From IMG/VR virus record IMGVR_UViG_3300037515_000384, positions 1 to 27,325 of that record: 27,325 bases of DNA; one strand, 5' to 3'. The position numbers were made by a program, and so were the translations under genes. Positions 9,221-17,510 of this stretch are shown here, one piece after another (within the stretch, counting starts at the first letter, position 1; each line of letters opens with the position of its first letter). Below the pieces are notes generated by a model. The model was not told the DNA's origin and made no database searches. It worked only from the letters and a program-made list of their open reading frames with translations. The DNA comes from a virus (taxonomy: Duplodnaviria; Caudoviricetes).

Positions 9221-9634
9221 TCAGGCGAGGACGGTGTAGAAGACGACGACGTCGAACTTGCCGGCCGTCAGGTCGGCGGTCGCGACGGTCGCGGTGATCT
9301 TCCGCGCCGCCGTGGTCTGCACCGCCGTCGAGCCGGTGCCGTCGGGGATGACGTCCTTGAATCCGGTCGTCGACCAGGGCGAACCTGTCACGTCCGCCGC
9401 GGCGACCATGTCGCCGGCGCCCTCGACCTTGACGGCCAGGGTCGCCGAGCCGCCGCCGGTGACCGCCGTGAGGACGCTGACGAGGCCGCCCACGATCACG
9501 GCGTTGTCCGGGATCAGCGACTGCGAGGTCAGGTCGATGTCGCCGACCGCCCCGCCGTCGGTGGCGAAGTCGTACTGGCCGCGAGCGATCTGCAGCACCT
9601 GCGATGCGCGCGGGAACCCACCTTCGTAGGCCAT
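9221..9634 (-). CDS. Capsid decoration/cement-like protein
   Basis: 137 aa beta-rich, YDFATDGGAVG...IPDNAVIVGG...ADLTAGKFDVVVFY; first structural gene after MCP. Confidence 0.6.
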   Translation of the reverse strand: MAYEGGFPRASQVLQIARGQYDFATDGGAVGDIDLTSQSLIPDNAVIVGGLVSVLTAVTGGGSATLAVKVEGAGDMVAAADVTGSPWSTTGFKDVIPDGTGSTAVQTTAARKITATVATADLTAGKFDVVVFYTVLA

Positions 9635-9636
9635 TG

Positions 9637-10296
9637 CTACCTCTCCTTCCGTGCTCGGCGCTCAGCAGCCTTCCGGCGCCGAGCCTCTGACGCTGCCTCG
9701 ACCATCACTTGCATCTTGCAGTCGTTGCCGCAGTACCGACTCTCGGCGGCGCGGCTCGGCTTCCTGGTGTACGTGGTACCGCATCGCTCGCAGACGAGCG
9801 TTACGGGCGGCTTCGCTCGAAGAAGCCAGTGCTCGTGGATCAGTTGATGCTCGGCGTTGCCCATCACCTCAAGGTTCTCGGGACGGTTGTCGTCCTTGAC
9901 CCCGTTGATGTGGTGGACGTGCTCGAAAGTGGCGAGGCGACGACCTAACAGCCGCTCCATCACGACACGGTGCGCCAACGGCCAGTGCTTCTGTCCGTCT
10001 TCGGTCTTGACCTCTATGTAGCCGTCCGGGCCTAGGCGCTTGGCCCCTACCGACGCGGAAGCATGATGGTCGACGTCGGTGTTACCTCGCCTCCGCATCC
10101 GCGCGTAGTGCCTCGAACAGAGCCCATTGGCTTTGTGAGCGCTTTCGCACCCGTCGATGGAGCACGAGCGCCCGTACCGCACGAGCGAGGGCGCGTTCCT
10201 GCCCTCGTCGTGGTACCAGGCGTTGTAATGCTTCTGGCACATGTCGCGGGCTACGTGGAGATTGCTGCAGCCCTCTTTCGTACAGGTCCTTGGCAT
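9637..10296 (-). CDS. HNH homing endonuclease with Zn-finger repeats
   Basis: AHRVVME..LGR.L...EHVHHINGVKDDNRPENL core; two N-terminal C-x4-C...C-x2-HY repeats; C-terminal CxxC...YCxxxC; lower-GC codon usage; start at 10296 after AGGAGG. Confidence 0.9.
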   Translation of the reverse strand: MPRTCTKEGCSNLHVARDMCQKHYNAWYHDEGRNAPSLVRYGRSCSIDGCESAHKANGLCSRHYARMRRRGNTDVDHHASASVGAKRLGPDGYIEVKTEDGQKHWPLAHRVVMERLLGRRLATFEHVHHINGVKDDNRPENLEVMGNAEHQLIHEHWLLRAKPPVTLVCERCGTTYTRKPSRAAESRYCGNDCKMQVMVEAASEARRRKAAERRARKER

Positions 10297-10330
10297 GGTG
10301 GGGATACCTCCTGTTGGGTATCCCCACCAT
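10295..10330 (-). promoter_or_regulatory. 14-bp perfect hairpin occluding RBS and start codon of the HNH gene
   Basis: ATGGTGGGGATACC-CAACAGGA-GGTATCCCCACCAT; AGGAGG spans loop and 3' arm, and the AT of the start codon is in the stem. Confidence 0.8.
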
Positions 10331-10350
10331 ATCACATGTGCGGACGGGTG

Positions 10351-11649
10351 TTACAACCCTGTGATTTCCCCGAACGCGCTCGGCCGGAGGTGCACGACGG
10401 CGAGCCGGACGTCCATGCGGACGGCCTGCTTGCCGCTCGTGAAGAAGTCGTTGTGCGCGTTGGTGACCTGCACGTCGACTCCTCGCCGCGGCGCCACGAA
10501 GGCGTGCGTCCGGTAGTCGCCGGACACGGCCTTCGTCGCGGTGACCGCGTTGGTGAGCGCCACGGGGACGCCCCAGATCGTCCGGGGGCCGGGCGTCGAC
10601 GGGTGGCCCCCGATGTAGATGCCGTCGGCGGTCCGCAGCAGCTGCACCGTCTCCCACTTCGTCGCTCGGATGAACACGACGTTGGGCTCGGCGTCGCCGC
10701 CGCCAGCGTCGTTGTCGTCGCGGATCAGGGTGAACAGCTTGAGGATCGCGTCGGGGATCGGGTCGGCGCCCTTGGCCTGCGTCTGGATGCCGGTCACGGA
10801 CTCCGTGCCCAGCAGGTTCGGGGCGGTCCCGTCGCCGCGGAGGGCCTGGAGGTCGATGCGCTGACGCAGCATCAGCAGCAGCCGCGACTCCACGTAGGCT
10901 TGCGCCCCGGCCTGGTCCTCGAGCTGCTCGTCGGTCATGGGCAGCCAGATCGGGATCTTCTGCACATCGACCGACCGCTCGGTGAGCTTCAGCGCGGCCT
11001 CGGGGAACGCCCCGCCCTCGGCGGTCTCCTGGGAGGTGTTGGTGCAGGTCGTCTCCTCCATGTACTTGACCGCGGCCTGGGTGGTCGGGATCGAGCTGAT
11101 GAAGTCGACCACGAACGGCGCCATGCGCTCGGGGATCAGGGTGACGATCCCGGTGCGGGTGGACTCCGGCTCCCAGCCGTCGTCGCGCTCGAACAGCGAC
11201 GCCTGCGGACGCATGAGCGTCGCGACGTCGATGTCGAGGTGCGCGACCGGCCCGACGCCGCCGCCCTGGTAGCCCTGGTACGCCTGCGAGGCGACGAACG
11301 CCTCGCCGACGGACGTGCGCGGGGCGGCCAGCGAGGCCCGGCCCTCGCCCTCGAGGTGGCCGGGCTCGCCCCGATCGGCGCCGTGCAGCGCGTTGTACGC
11401 CGCCCGGGCGGTGTCCTGGTGCTTGTCGACCTCGACCTTGAGGTCCTCGAGCTCGTCGTTGAGCGCCTTGACGATCTGGTGCAGATCGGTCCCGTCGGCG
11501 ACCTGCACCGACTTGACCCTCTTCGGGTCGAGCTCGGGCCCGGCCTCGTCGAACACGGCCTTGAGCTCGGCGCGCTTGGCCGCGAGCTGCTCGTCGGCGT
11601 CCTTGAGGGCGGGGAACTTGGCCTTCGCCCACTTCAAAGAGAACGTCAT
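10351..11649 (-). CDS. Major capsid protein (HK97 fold, N-terminal coiled-coil delta domain)
   Basis: ETAEGGAFPE, TDEQLED, LRGDGTAPNLLG, IWGVPV, F...KQAVR..VR....HLRPSAF motifs; start corrected to 11649. Confidence 0.93.
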   Translation of the reverse strand: MTFSLKWAKAKFPALKDADEQLAAKRAELKAVFDEAGPELDPKRVKSVQVADGTDLHQIVKALNDELEDLKVEVDKHQDTARAAYNALHGADRGEPGHLEGEGRASLAAPRTSVGEAFVASQAYQGYQGGGVGPVAHLDIDVATLMRPQASLFERDDGWEPESTRTGIVTLIPERMAPFVVDFISSIPTTQAAVKYMEETTCTNTSQETAEGGAFPEAALKLTERSVDVQKIPIWLPMTDEQLEDQAGAQAYVESRLLLMLRQRIDLQALRGDGTAPNLLGTESVTGIQTQAKGADPIPDAILKLFTLIRDDNDAGGGDAEPNVVFIRATKWETVQLLRTADGIYIGGHPSTPGPRTIWGVPVALTNAVTATKAVSGDYRTHAFVAPRRGVDVQVTNAHNDFFTSGKQAVRMDVRLAVVHLRPSAFGEITGL

Positions 11650-11653
11650 GTCC

Positions 11654-12550
11654 TTACACTCCCTGGGTTGTGGCGACGTAGCGCGCGTACTCGCGCTGCA
11701 GGGCGGCGGTGCCGTCCGGCTTCGTCGCGGTCGTCTCTGCGGTGAGGAGCGCGTCGAGCCGGTCAGCGGCCGCGCGCAGCTCGACCAAGCTGTCACGGTT
11801 GCGCTGGGACAGGCCCTTGCCCCTCTCGGCGCGGAGGGCGGCCACCCGTTCCGCGCTCTGTACTGCGCCCGAGACCGCGCCTGCGGCCTCGGAGATCTCG
11901 TCGTGCAGCGTCGGCCCCCGGTCCTGCGTCTGGCGGGGCGGGTCGACGACCTCGTCGGCGAGCCCCTCCTCGACGGCCTCGGAGTCGGTCAGCCACGTCT
12001 CCGCGGCCATGAGCCCGAGGAAGTGCTCGCGGTCCCCGGCGTCCGACCGGCTCGCGTAGACCCCGGCGATCACGCCGTTCTGCTGCTCGAGCATGTCGGC
12101 CATCGCGCGCATGTCGCTGGCCGGGCCGATCACGATCCCCCACGCCTCGTGGATCATCATCTGCGCGGACGAGAGCATCACCCGGTGGTCGCCGGCCTGG
12201 ACGATCAGCGACGCCGCCGAGGCTGCGAGCCCGTCCACGCGCGTGGTGACGTGCGCCGGATGCGCCCTGAGCGCGTTGTAGATCGCGATGCCGTCGAACA
12301 CGTCGCCGCCGGGCGAGTTGATCTCCACGCGGATCTTCGAGGCGCTGACCTCGTCGAGGTCGCGCACGAAGTCCTCGGCGGTGAGCCCGCCGAGCCACGA
12401 CCAGCCGATCTCGCCGTAGATGCGCACGACGGCCGCGTCGTCGTCGTCGTCGGCGGCGTTGCGGATCTCGTACCACGGCCGGGGGGTGGCGCGGCCGTGC
12501 GGCCGGGTGCGGTCGCGGATGCGCGCGCGCAGCTCGTCGAGGTCCGTCAT
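11654..12550 (-). CDS. ClpP-like head maturation protease
   Basis: IYGEIG, INSPGGDVFDGIAIYNAL, DGLAASAAS, MMIHEAW, ETWLT..EAVE.GLAD; start corrected to ATG 12550. Confidence 0.93.
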   Translation of the reverse strand: MTDLDELRARIRDRTRPHGRATPRPWYEIRNAADDDDDAAVVRIYGEIGWSWLGGLTAEDFVRDLDEVSASKIRVEINSPGGDVFDGIAIYNALRAHPAHVTTRVDGLAASAASLIVQAGDHRVMLSSAQMMIHEAWGIVIGPASDMRAMADMLEQQNGVIAGVYASRSDAGDREHFLGLMAAETWLTDSEAVEEGLADEVVDPPRQTQDRGPTLHDEISEAAGAVSGAVQSAERVAALRAERGKGLSQRNRDSLVELRAAADRLDALLTAETTATKPDGTAALQREYARYVATTQGV

Positions 12551-13941
12551 GGTGTGCCCTCCCGTGGGTCCTCGGTGGCGACGGTCCAGCCGGCCGCGAG
12601 CAGGGCCGGGACGGCAGCGGCGGGGACGCGAGCCGAGTCGGCGGCGGTGGTCGATCCGGGCGGCTGGAGCTGGACGGAGAACAGGCCGGTGTGATCCAGG
12701 CGGCTGACGTCCCCGGTGTCCACCGCCGCGACCGCCGACTCCGGGGTGAACCCGGCGTCGGTGTAGGTGCGGATGGAGCGCGAGTTGATGCTGACGGTCT
12801 CCGCGGCATCCCTGGCGTCGTCCCGCAGGAACGCGATGTCGCGGTCGTCGTACCAGAGCTGCGCGCCGGCGGGCGGCGTGAACAGTCGCTGCAAGCTCGC
12901 CGCCGCCATGCGCCAGTGCGGCCGCGCGAAGGTGTCGGCGAACTTGCGCTTGGCCTGCCCGTAGTTCGAGTACGTGCTGGCCTGGAGGCCCTCGCTGAGG
13001 CCGACGATGATCGGCGGGACGCAGGCCGCCGCGGCGATGCGCGTCTCCCCGGCGCCCTGCGTCACCTTGAAGTCGATCTGCTTGAGCGAGTGAGACAACA
13101 CCTTCGCGTCGGAGCCGCCACCGAAGTGCAGCGTCTTGTAGGCGTTCGAGGCGCCAGTGTGCTGCTCCTTGAACCGCTTGACGTACTCGTCGAAGTCCTC
13201 CGGCGAGACGCCCGCGTCGTAGGTGACGGCGATGCCGGGCGTCGCCCCGTGCTGGAAGTACCTGCTCTTGTGCGTCGTCGCCGCGCTGTCGGCCTCGATC
13301 TCGCGGAGGACCGTGGTCAGCCACGACATCCCCCGCCACTGCGCCTCCGGGTCGGGGATCGGCGAGTAGTGGGCGACCTGCTCGGGTGCCAGGATCACCG
13401 GCTCGGAGCGCGCCACGCCCCGCGGCTGGTAGACCACGGCGACCGGCCGGGCGCGCAGGTCGAACGGGCCGGGCCGCTCGTCGGGCGAGTCGAGCTCGTC
13501 GCGACGGACGCCCGTGACGATCGTCACCCAGTCGGGACGCATCCGCCGGAGCCTGGCCTGCCCTCCCCGCCCGACCGCCGTCCAGTACGAGTTCCCGGCG
13601 AGGCTCGCGTCCTGCTCCATGCGGCCCAGCAGCTCGCCCGTGGTGCCGTTCGTCCACGGCTCCGCGAGCAGCCGGAGCCCACCGTCGTCGAACAGCTCGC
13701 CGGGGCGGCCCAGCTCGAAGCGGCGCCACTGGAAGCGCGCCTCCGAGAACAGCAGCAGCCGGGCGAGGACGCACGCGAACACGACGCCGTTGGCCTTGTA
13801 CGCCCGCCGGACGTGGGCCTCGAAGTTGGCCTCGATCGTCTCCCGCTCGCCCGACAGCGAGCCGAAGAAGGAGGGCTGCGACCAGAACGGCGGGTGCAGC
13901 GCGTTGCGCGGGCGTCCGGCCAGCCGGGCGAGCGGCCTCAC
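12547..13941 (-). CDS. Portal protein (HK97 family)
   Basis: NGVVFACV, LAGNSY, MRPDWV, RGMSWL, YFQHGATP, IAAAACVPPIIVG, TYSNY motifs; start corrected to GTG 13941. Confidence 0.92.
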   Translation of the reverse strand: MRPLARLAGRPRNALHPPFWSQPSFFGSLSGERETIEANFEAHVRRAYKANGVVFACVLARLLLFSEARFQWRRFELGRPGELFDDGGLRLLAEPWTNGTTGELLGRMEQDASLAGNSYWTAVGRGGQARLRRMRPDWVTIVTGVRRDELDSPDERPGPFDLRARPVAVVYQPRGVARSEPVILAPEQVAHYSPIPDPEAQWRGMSWLTTVLREIEADSAATTHKSRYFQHGATPGIAVTYDAGVSPEDFDEYVKRFKEQHTGASNAYKTLHFGGGSDAKVLSHSLKQIDFKVTQGAGETRIAAAACVPPIIVGLSEGLQASTYSNYGQAKRKFADTFARPHWRMAAASLQRLFTPPAGAQLWYDDRDIAFLRDDARDAAETVSINSRSIRTYTDAGFTPESAVAAVDTGDVSRLDHTGLFSVQLQPPGSTTAADSARVPAAAVPALLAAGWTVATEDPREGTP

Positions 13942-14096
13942 CCGCCGACCTCGCCGAGCAGCAGCCACGCCAGCCCGGCGACGAGCAGCCCGGCGACGAC
14001 CCAGCCCGCGGACTCGGACGCCACCGCCGCACCCTTGACGACCAGCCCGGCAGCCACGGCCAGCAGGCACGCGAGAGCGATCTCACGTCGTGACAT
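13938..14096 (-). CDS. Small two-TM membrane protein between terminase and portal
   Basis: Hand-translated MSRREIALACLLAVAAGLVVKGAAVASESAGWVVAGLLVAGLAWLLLGEVGG; RBS GAGGAG; stop overlaps the portal start. Confidence 0.75.
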   Translation of the reverse strand: MSRREIALACLLAVAAGLVVKGAAVASESAGWVVAGLLVAGLAWLLLGEVGG

Positions 14097-14109
14097 GACG
14101 CGGCTCCTC

Positions 14110-15765
14110 TCAGGTCGTGGCGAACAGGGGCCGACGCTTCGGAGCGGCCGGAGGCATGGTCATGGCCGCCTGGTACGCGAGCACGTCAGCGATCGCGGCG
14201 TCGATCTTCGAGCCGTCGTCGCCCTTGACGAGCGTGTACAAGGTGCGGCCGTCGTCCTCGTCGGCCGTGACCTTCGTCGGTCGTTTGTGCGCCGCCAGGA
14301 CATGCGCCGTGGTCGTGTCGTCGCCGTCGTGCGTGTGGTCGCCCTCACTCAGGGCGGTGAGCCAGCGGTCCACGGCGGGGGCCATGCGCTGGTCCTGGTT
14401 CGTGGGCCAGTCGAGCACGACCTCTTCGCCGTACTCGGCCGCCCAGCCCTCGATCTCCGTCCACCACTTCGGCGGGTCGGCGAGCATCAGCCCCACGTCG
14501 TAGGTGTTGAAGGCGTCGCGGACCGCCTGGTCGACCTTGAGGCGCGGGACGCGCCACCCCTTGCCCTGCGGTCCGAGCGGACGTTCCCACTTGCCGAGGA
14601 TGAAGCTGTAGCCCTCGGCGGTGCAGCCACGCAGGATCGTCGAGTCGTCGCTGATCGAGCCGTCGAACCCGAGGCCGATGCGCGTGCCGGGTGGCGGCTT
14701 GCCGCCGTGCCCCGCATAGTCCTTGCGACGGTCGAGTTCGCCCCACACGGCCGGGTCGACCGCCGTGCCGTGGCCGGCGACGACGAGGTTCCCGAAGAAC
14801 CGCATCGCCTGCGGCAGGTCACGCTGCAGCAGGTCCACCGCCTCCGCCTCGATCGCGTCGAGGTCGACGTGGCCGCCGTGCTCCCGCAGCGTGTCGGGCG
14901 GGTACACGATCCGGTGGATCTTCCGCCGGTCGCGCGTGCTCTCATAGCTCAGCGACTTCGGCGGCCGGATCATCTGCCGGTAGACGTCACACGCGCTCGA
15001 CTCGAACTGCAGCTGCGCGACCGACTTCTCCGCCGGGTCCCACGAGTTGCTCGTCAGCGACGCACGGCCGCCCATCCCCGCCAGGCCCCGGTACTGCGTG
15101 TCGGCGACCTTCAACATCTTGTTCAGCCGCGTCCACGTGCCCACCTCGTCCTGCGGCGCGAACGTGATCCGCTGGCCGAGCCGGGACCGCGCGCTCGACG
15201 TCACCGTGTCGATGCGGCCACCGCCCGGCAGGCGGATGAACTCCTCGCCCGTCTTGGGGACCACATCCGACAACGGGCCCCGATCGATCATCGGCCGGAG
15301 CGCGTCGTAGATGTTGTCGGTCTGCTCCTCGCTCGACGCCGTCACCTGGATCAGCGGCGTCGGCCACGGCATCCCCATCGGCTCGCCGGCGTCGTACGAG
15401 TACTCCCACCCGCAGCCGCAGCCGTGCTCGGCGCAGGCGTACCCGTCGCCGTCCTCGGCCCACCCCGCGAACAGCGCCGGGCCGACGCCCTCGACGCAGA
15501 TGTGCGCCGCGGTGTGCGGCCCCTTGCCGACCTTCTGCGGGCCGACCAGGAGACCGCGCCGGTACACGAACGCGGGGCCGAGGATCGGCTGCGCCGGGTC
15601 CCACCGCACGCCCGCGCGGACGAGGTAGAAGTTCGCGAGGTACCGGAGCTGGTAGTCGTACAGCCGGAACGGCTCGCCGGCCCGGAACCCGTCCGGGACG
15701 ACGCAGTGCTCCTCCACCCACGACGGCACGACCCCCATCGGCTTGGGGGACCCCCTATCCGCCAC
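14110..15765 (-). CDS. terL: Terminase large subunit
   Basis: Walker A-like GPQKVGKG, Walker B FAPQDE, RuvC-like GLGFDGSISDDST and KIDAAIA. Confidence 0.92.
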   Translation of the reverse strand: MADRGSPKPMGVVPSWVEEHCVVPDGFRAGEPFRLYDYQLRYLANFYLVRAGVRWDPAQPILGPAFVYRRGLLVGPQKVGKGPHTAAHICVEGVGPALFAGWAEDGDGYACAEHGCGCGWEYSYDAGEPMGMPWPTPLIQVTASSEEQTDNIYDALRPMIDRGPLSDVVPKTGEEFIRLPGGGRIDTVTSSARSRLGQRITFAPQDEVGTWTRLNKMLKVADTQYRGLAGMGGRASLTSNSWDPAEKSVAQLQFESSACDVYRQMIRPPKSLSYESTRDRRKIHRIVYPPDTLREHGGHVDLDAIEAEAVDLLQRDLPQAMRFFGNLVVAGHGTAVDPAVWGELDRRKDYAGHGGKPPPGTRIGLGFDGSISDDSTILRGCTAEGYSFILGKWERPLGPQGKGWRVPRLKVDQAVRDAFNTYDVGLMLADPPKWWTEIEGWAAEYGEEVVLDWPTNQDQRMAPAVDRWLTALSEGDHTHDGDDTTTAHVLAAHKRPTKVTADEDDGRTLYTLVKGDDGSKIDAAIADVLAYQAAMTMPPAAPKRRPLFATT

Positions 15766-16363
15766 CCTCCACCACCTTCAGCATCCGCTGCTTCGCGGAC
15801 GGCCTTCCGCCCGAGGGCCGACGTGCCGCCGGTGCGGGCTGGTCCTCGATCCGCCAGCGGTTGCGCAGCATCGCCGTCGGGTTCAGGCCCAGGCGGTCGG
15901 ACCACTGCCGCGCCTCCTTCGCCGCCTCGAGGTCCCCGAGCTCGGCGTGAACCTGCCAGCGCACGTACAGCCCGACCTCGCGCGTCCACCTGAGCCGCTC
16001 CCACGCCGCCGCCTGCGGCGTCCGCCACAGGTCACGCCACAGGTGCGCCTCCATGTCGGCGGCAGCCTCGAGCCTGGTCCGCAGCTCGGCGATCCTCTGG
16101 TCCATCCGCGCGAGCTTGGCGAGCGCCCCGCGGGGCGCGTCCTCGCTCTCCGCCTGCGCCTCGAGGACCTCCCGCTCCCGCTCCGCGACGTCGAGCGCGG
16201 CGCTCAGCCGGACGTCCGGCGGCAGCGGCCACCTCGGCGCCCGGCCCTTGCGACCCTCGGCCGGCAGCGTCGTCCAGCCCGCCTGGTCCGACTTGCGATC
16301 GCGTCTCAGTGCGTTCGGGTCCGGCGGTGGCCCCGAGTTGACTCGCGCGCCCCCTCTCGCCAT
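15755..16363 (-). CDS. terS: Terminase small subunit
   Basis: MARGGARVNSGPPPDPNALRRDR, LWRTPQAAAW, DRLGLNPTAMLRNRWRI; directly upstream of TerL. Confidence 0.85.
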   Translation of the reverse strand: MARGGARVNSGPPPDPNALRRDRKSDQAGWTTLPAEGRKGRAPRWPLPPDVRLSAALDVAEREREVLEAQAESEDAPRGALAKLARMDQRIAELRTRLEAAADMEAHLWRDLWRTPQAAAWERLRWTREVGLYVRWQVHAELGDLEAAKEARQWSDRLGLNPTAMLRNRWRIEDQPAPAARRPSGGRPSAKQRMLKVVEGGG

Positions 16364-16493
16364 GCGTCGCCTCCAGGTTCAGACGTGCGGGCGGGCATGG
16401 GGGGGTTCTTTGAACCTGACCGACCTCCTAAAGAGATTCGGAAAACGGCTCGAACGCGTGTTCGATTCCGCGATGGCCCCATGCCCCCCCGGG
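16364..16493. other. Putative cos/packaging initiation region
   Basis: Non-coding gap between HNH and TerS with nested inverted repeats and a palindrome. Confidence 0.45.
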
Positions 16494-17039
16494 CTAGCTG
16501 TCCTTGGCGTTGCAGCGGTGGCAGGCCGAGCGACGCAGGTAGGCGAGGTCGGAGCGCTTGTGGCAGGGGACGCACAGCGGCCTGTAGTGGCTTGGATCGG
16601 TGCTGTACGGACCCTTTGCCGCCTGCTTCTCGTTCGGATCGCTGTGGTCGTACGACCAATGCTGCGCCTGCTGGCCACATGCCTGGCACTGGTGGCTACT
16701 TGCCGACCCGTGCAGTCGGCGAACACGGTCGTGTGCTGCTGAGTAGCTGGCGTCGTCCCCTCGCCACCAGCCGTTACGCGGCCCGCTGTTCGGCGGTGGC
16801 ACATGCTCGGGGTCGCGGTGCTTCCGCCATCTGCGGTAGTGCTTCTGGCAGTAGCCGTGGGTGACGATCTGGCGGGGACAGGACTCGACCGGGCAGGGCG
16901 TGGGCGTCCGGTCCCAGATGGTGGGGGTGCCGACGTCTCCGGTGCGGCGCTTGCGGAAGTAGTGCGCGTTGCACAGCGCGACCCCTGGTGAGCGCTTGGG
17001 TCGTTCGCATCCGTCCACGCAGCAGGTAGCCTCGGCCAT
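16494..17039 (-). CDS. HNH-family (homing) endonuclease with Zn-finger repeats
   Basis: Two C-x4-C...C-x2-HY repeats; YSAAHDRVRRLHGSAS..C..CG..A.HWSYDH...YRPLCVPCHKRSD; RBS GAGGAGG before ATG 17039. Confidence 0.82.
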   Translation of the reverse strand: MAEATCCVDGCERPKRSPGVALCNAHYFRKRRTGDVGTPTIWDRTPTPCPVESCPRQIVTHGYCQKHYRRWRKHRDPEHVPPPNSGPRNGWWRGDDASYSAAHDRVRRLHGSASSHQCQACGQQAQHWSYDHSDPNEKQAAKGPYSTDPSHYRPLCVPCHKRSDLAYLRRSACHRCNAKDS

Positions 17040-17112
17040 GTCGGACCTCCTCATCAGGTTCGGCCACGGCCCCGGACGTTGACGCGTCGCGGGGCCGCTC
17101 AATTCTCGGGAC

Positions 17113-17370
17113 CTATGAATCCTTAGAGTTACAAGGGTGACAGCTTGCGATTAAATTGTCGGCGGTGCCTGGCTTGCGGGGGTCGATGTGGGCGGCGTCG
17201 GTGGCCGTGCCCTTGCAGCCTTCGTAGCGCAGCTGGCACTGGTAGCGGTCGCGGCGCAGCACGGCGCGGGCGATGGTGGTCCAGCCGGGGGGGCGATGGA
17301 TGCGCTGGCAGGGTGGGCAGCGGGGGCCGGGGCTCGGCTTGGAGCAGCGCAAGCACGGCCTGAGCGTCAC
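17113..17370 (-). CDS. Packaging-associated HNH endonuclease (HK97 gp74-like)
   Basis: W...ARAVLRRDRYQCQLRYEGC...AT..AHIDP......NLIASCHPCN; size and position upstream of TerS; GTG start at 17370. Confidence 0.85.
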   Translation of the reverse strand: MTLRPCLRCSKPSPGPRCPPCQRIHRPPGWTTIARAVLRRDRYQCQLRYEGCKGTATDAAHIDPRKPGTADNLIASCHPCNSKDS

Positions 17371-17510
17371 AGCCCTTGCGCGTCGAGGATGTAGTCCGGC
17401 CGCTTGGGCCGGGGTGGGCAGTGGGTACAGGTCACGGTCCAAGCCGCCCATGCCCCAGCGGCACGGCCGCACTGGCACGAGGTGGCGAGCGTCATGCCGC
17501 CCAGGGTCAT
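17367..17510 (-). CDS. Small Cys-rich hypothetical protein (47 aa)
   Basis: MTLGGMTLATSCQCGRAAGAWAAWTVTCTHCPPRPKRPDYILDAQGL; coupled by 4-bp overlaps at both ends. Confidence 0.55.
   Translation of the reverse strand: MTLGGMTLATSCQCGRAAGAWAAWTVTCTHCPPRPKRPDYILDAQGL

Noticed and set aside
9685-9715. Possible remnant of the original MCP C-terminus inside the HNH tail
   Set aside because: Similarity to GEITGL-stop is too weak to support.
11654-14086. Apparent 810-aa ORF suggesting a portal-protease fusion
   Set aside because: The N-terminal part is an out-of-frame overlap with the portal; the protease starts at 12550 with its own RBS.
15400-15470. Cys-rich segment in TerL as a possible intein
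   Set aside because: Too short and lacks intein splice motifs; probably a Zn-binding insert.
12691-15993. 1100-aa plus-strand ORF and many other long plus-strand ORFs (e.g. 2105-4129, 10063-11745)
   Set aside because: Antisense shadows of high-GC minus-strand genes; Arg/Pro/Gly-rich with no motifs.
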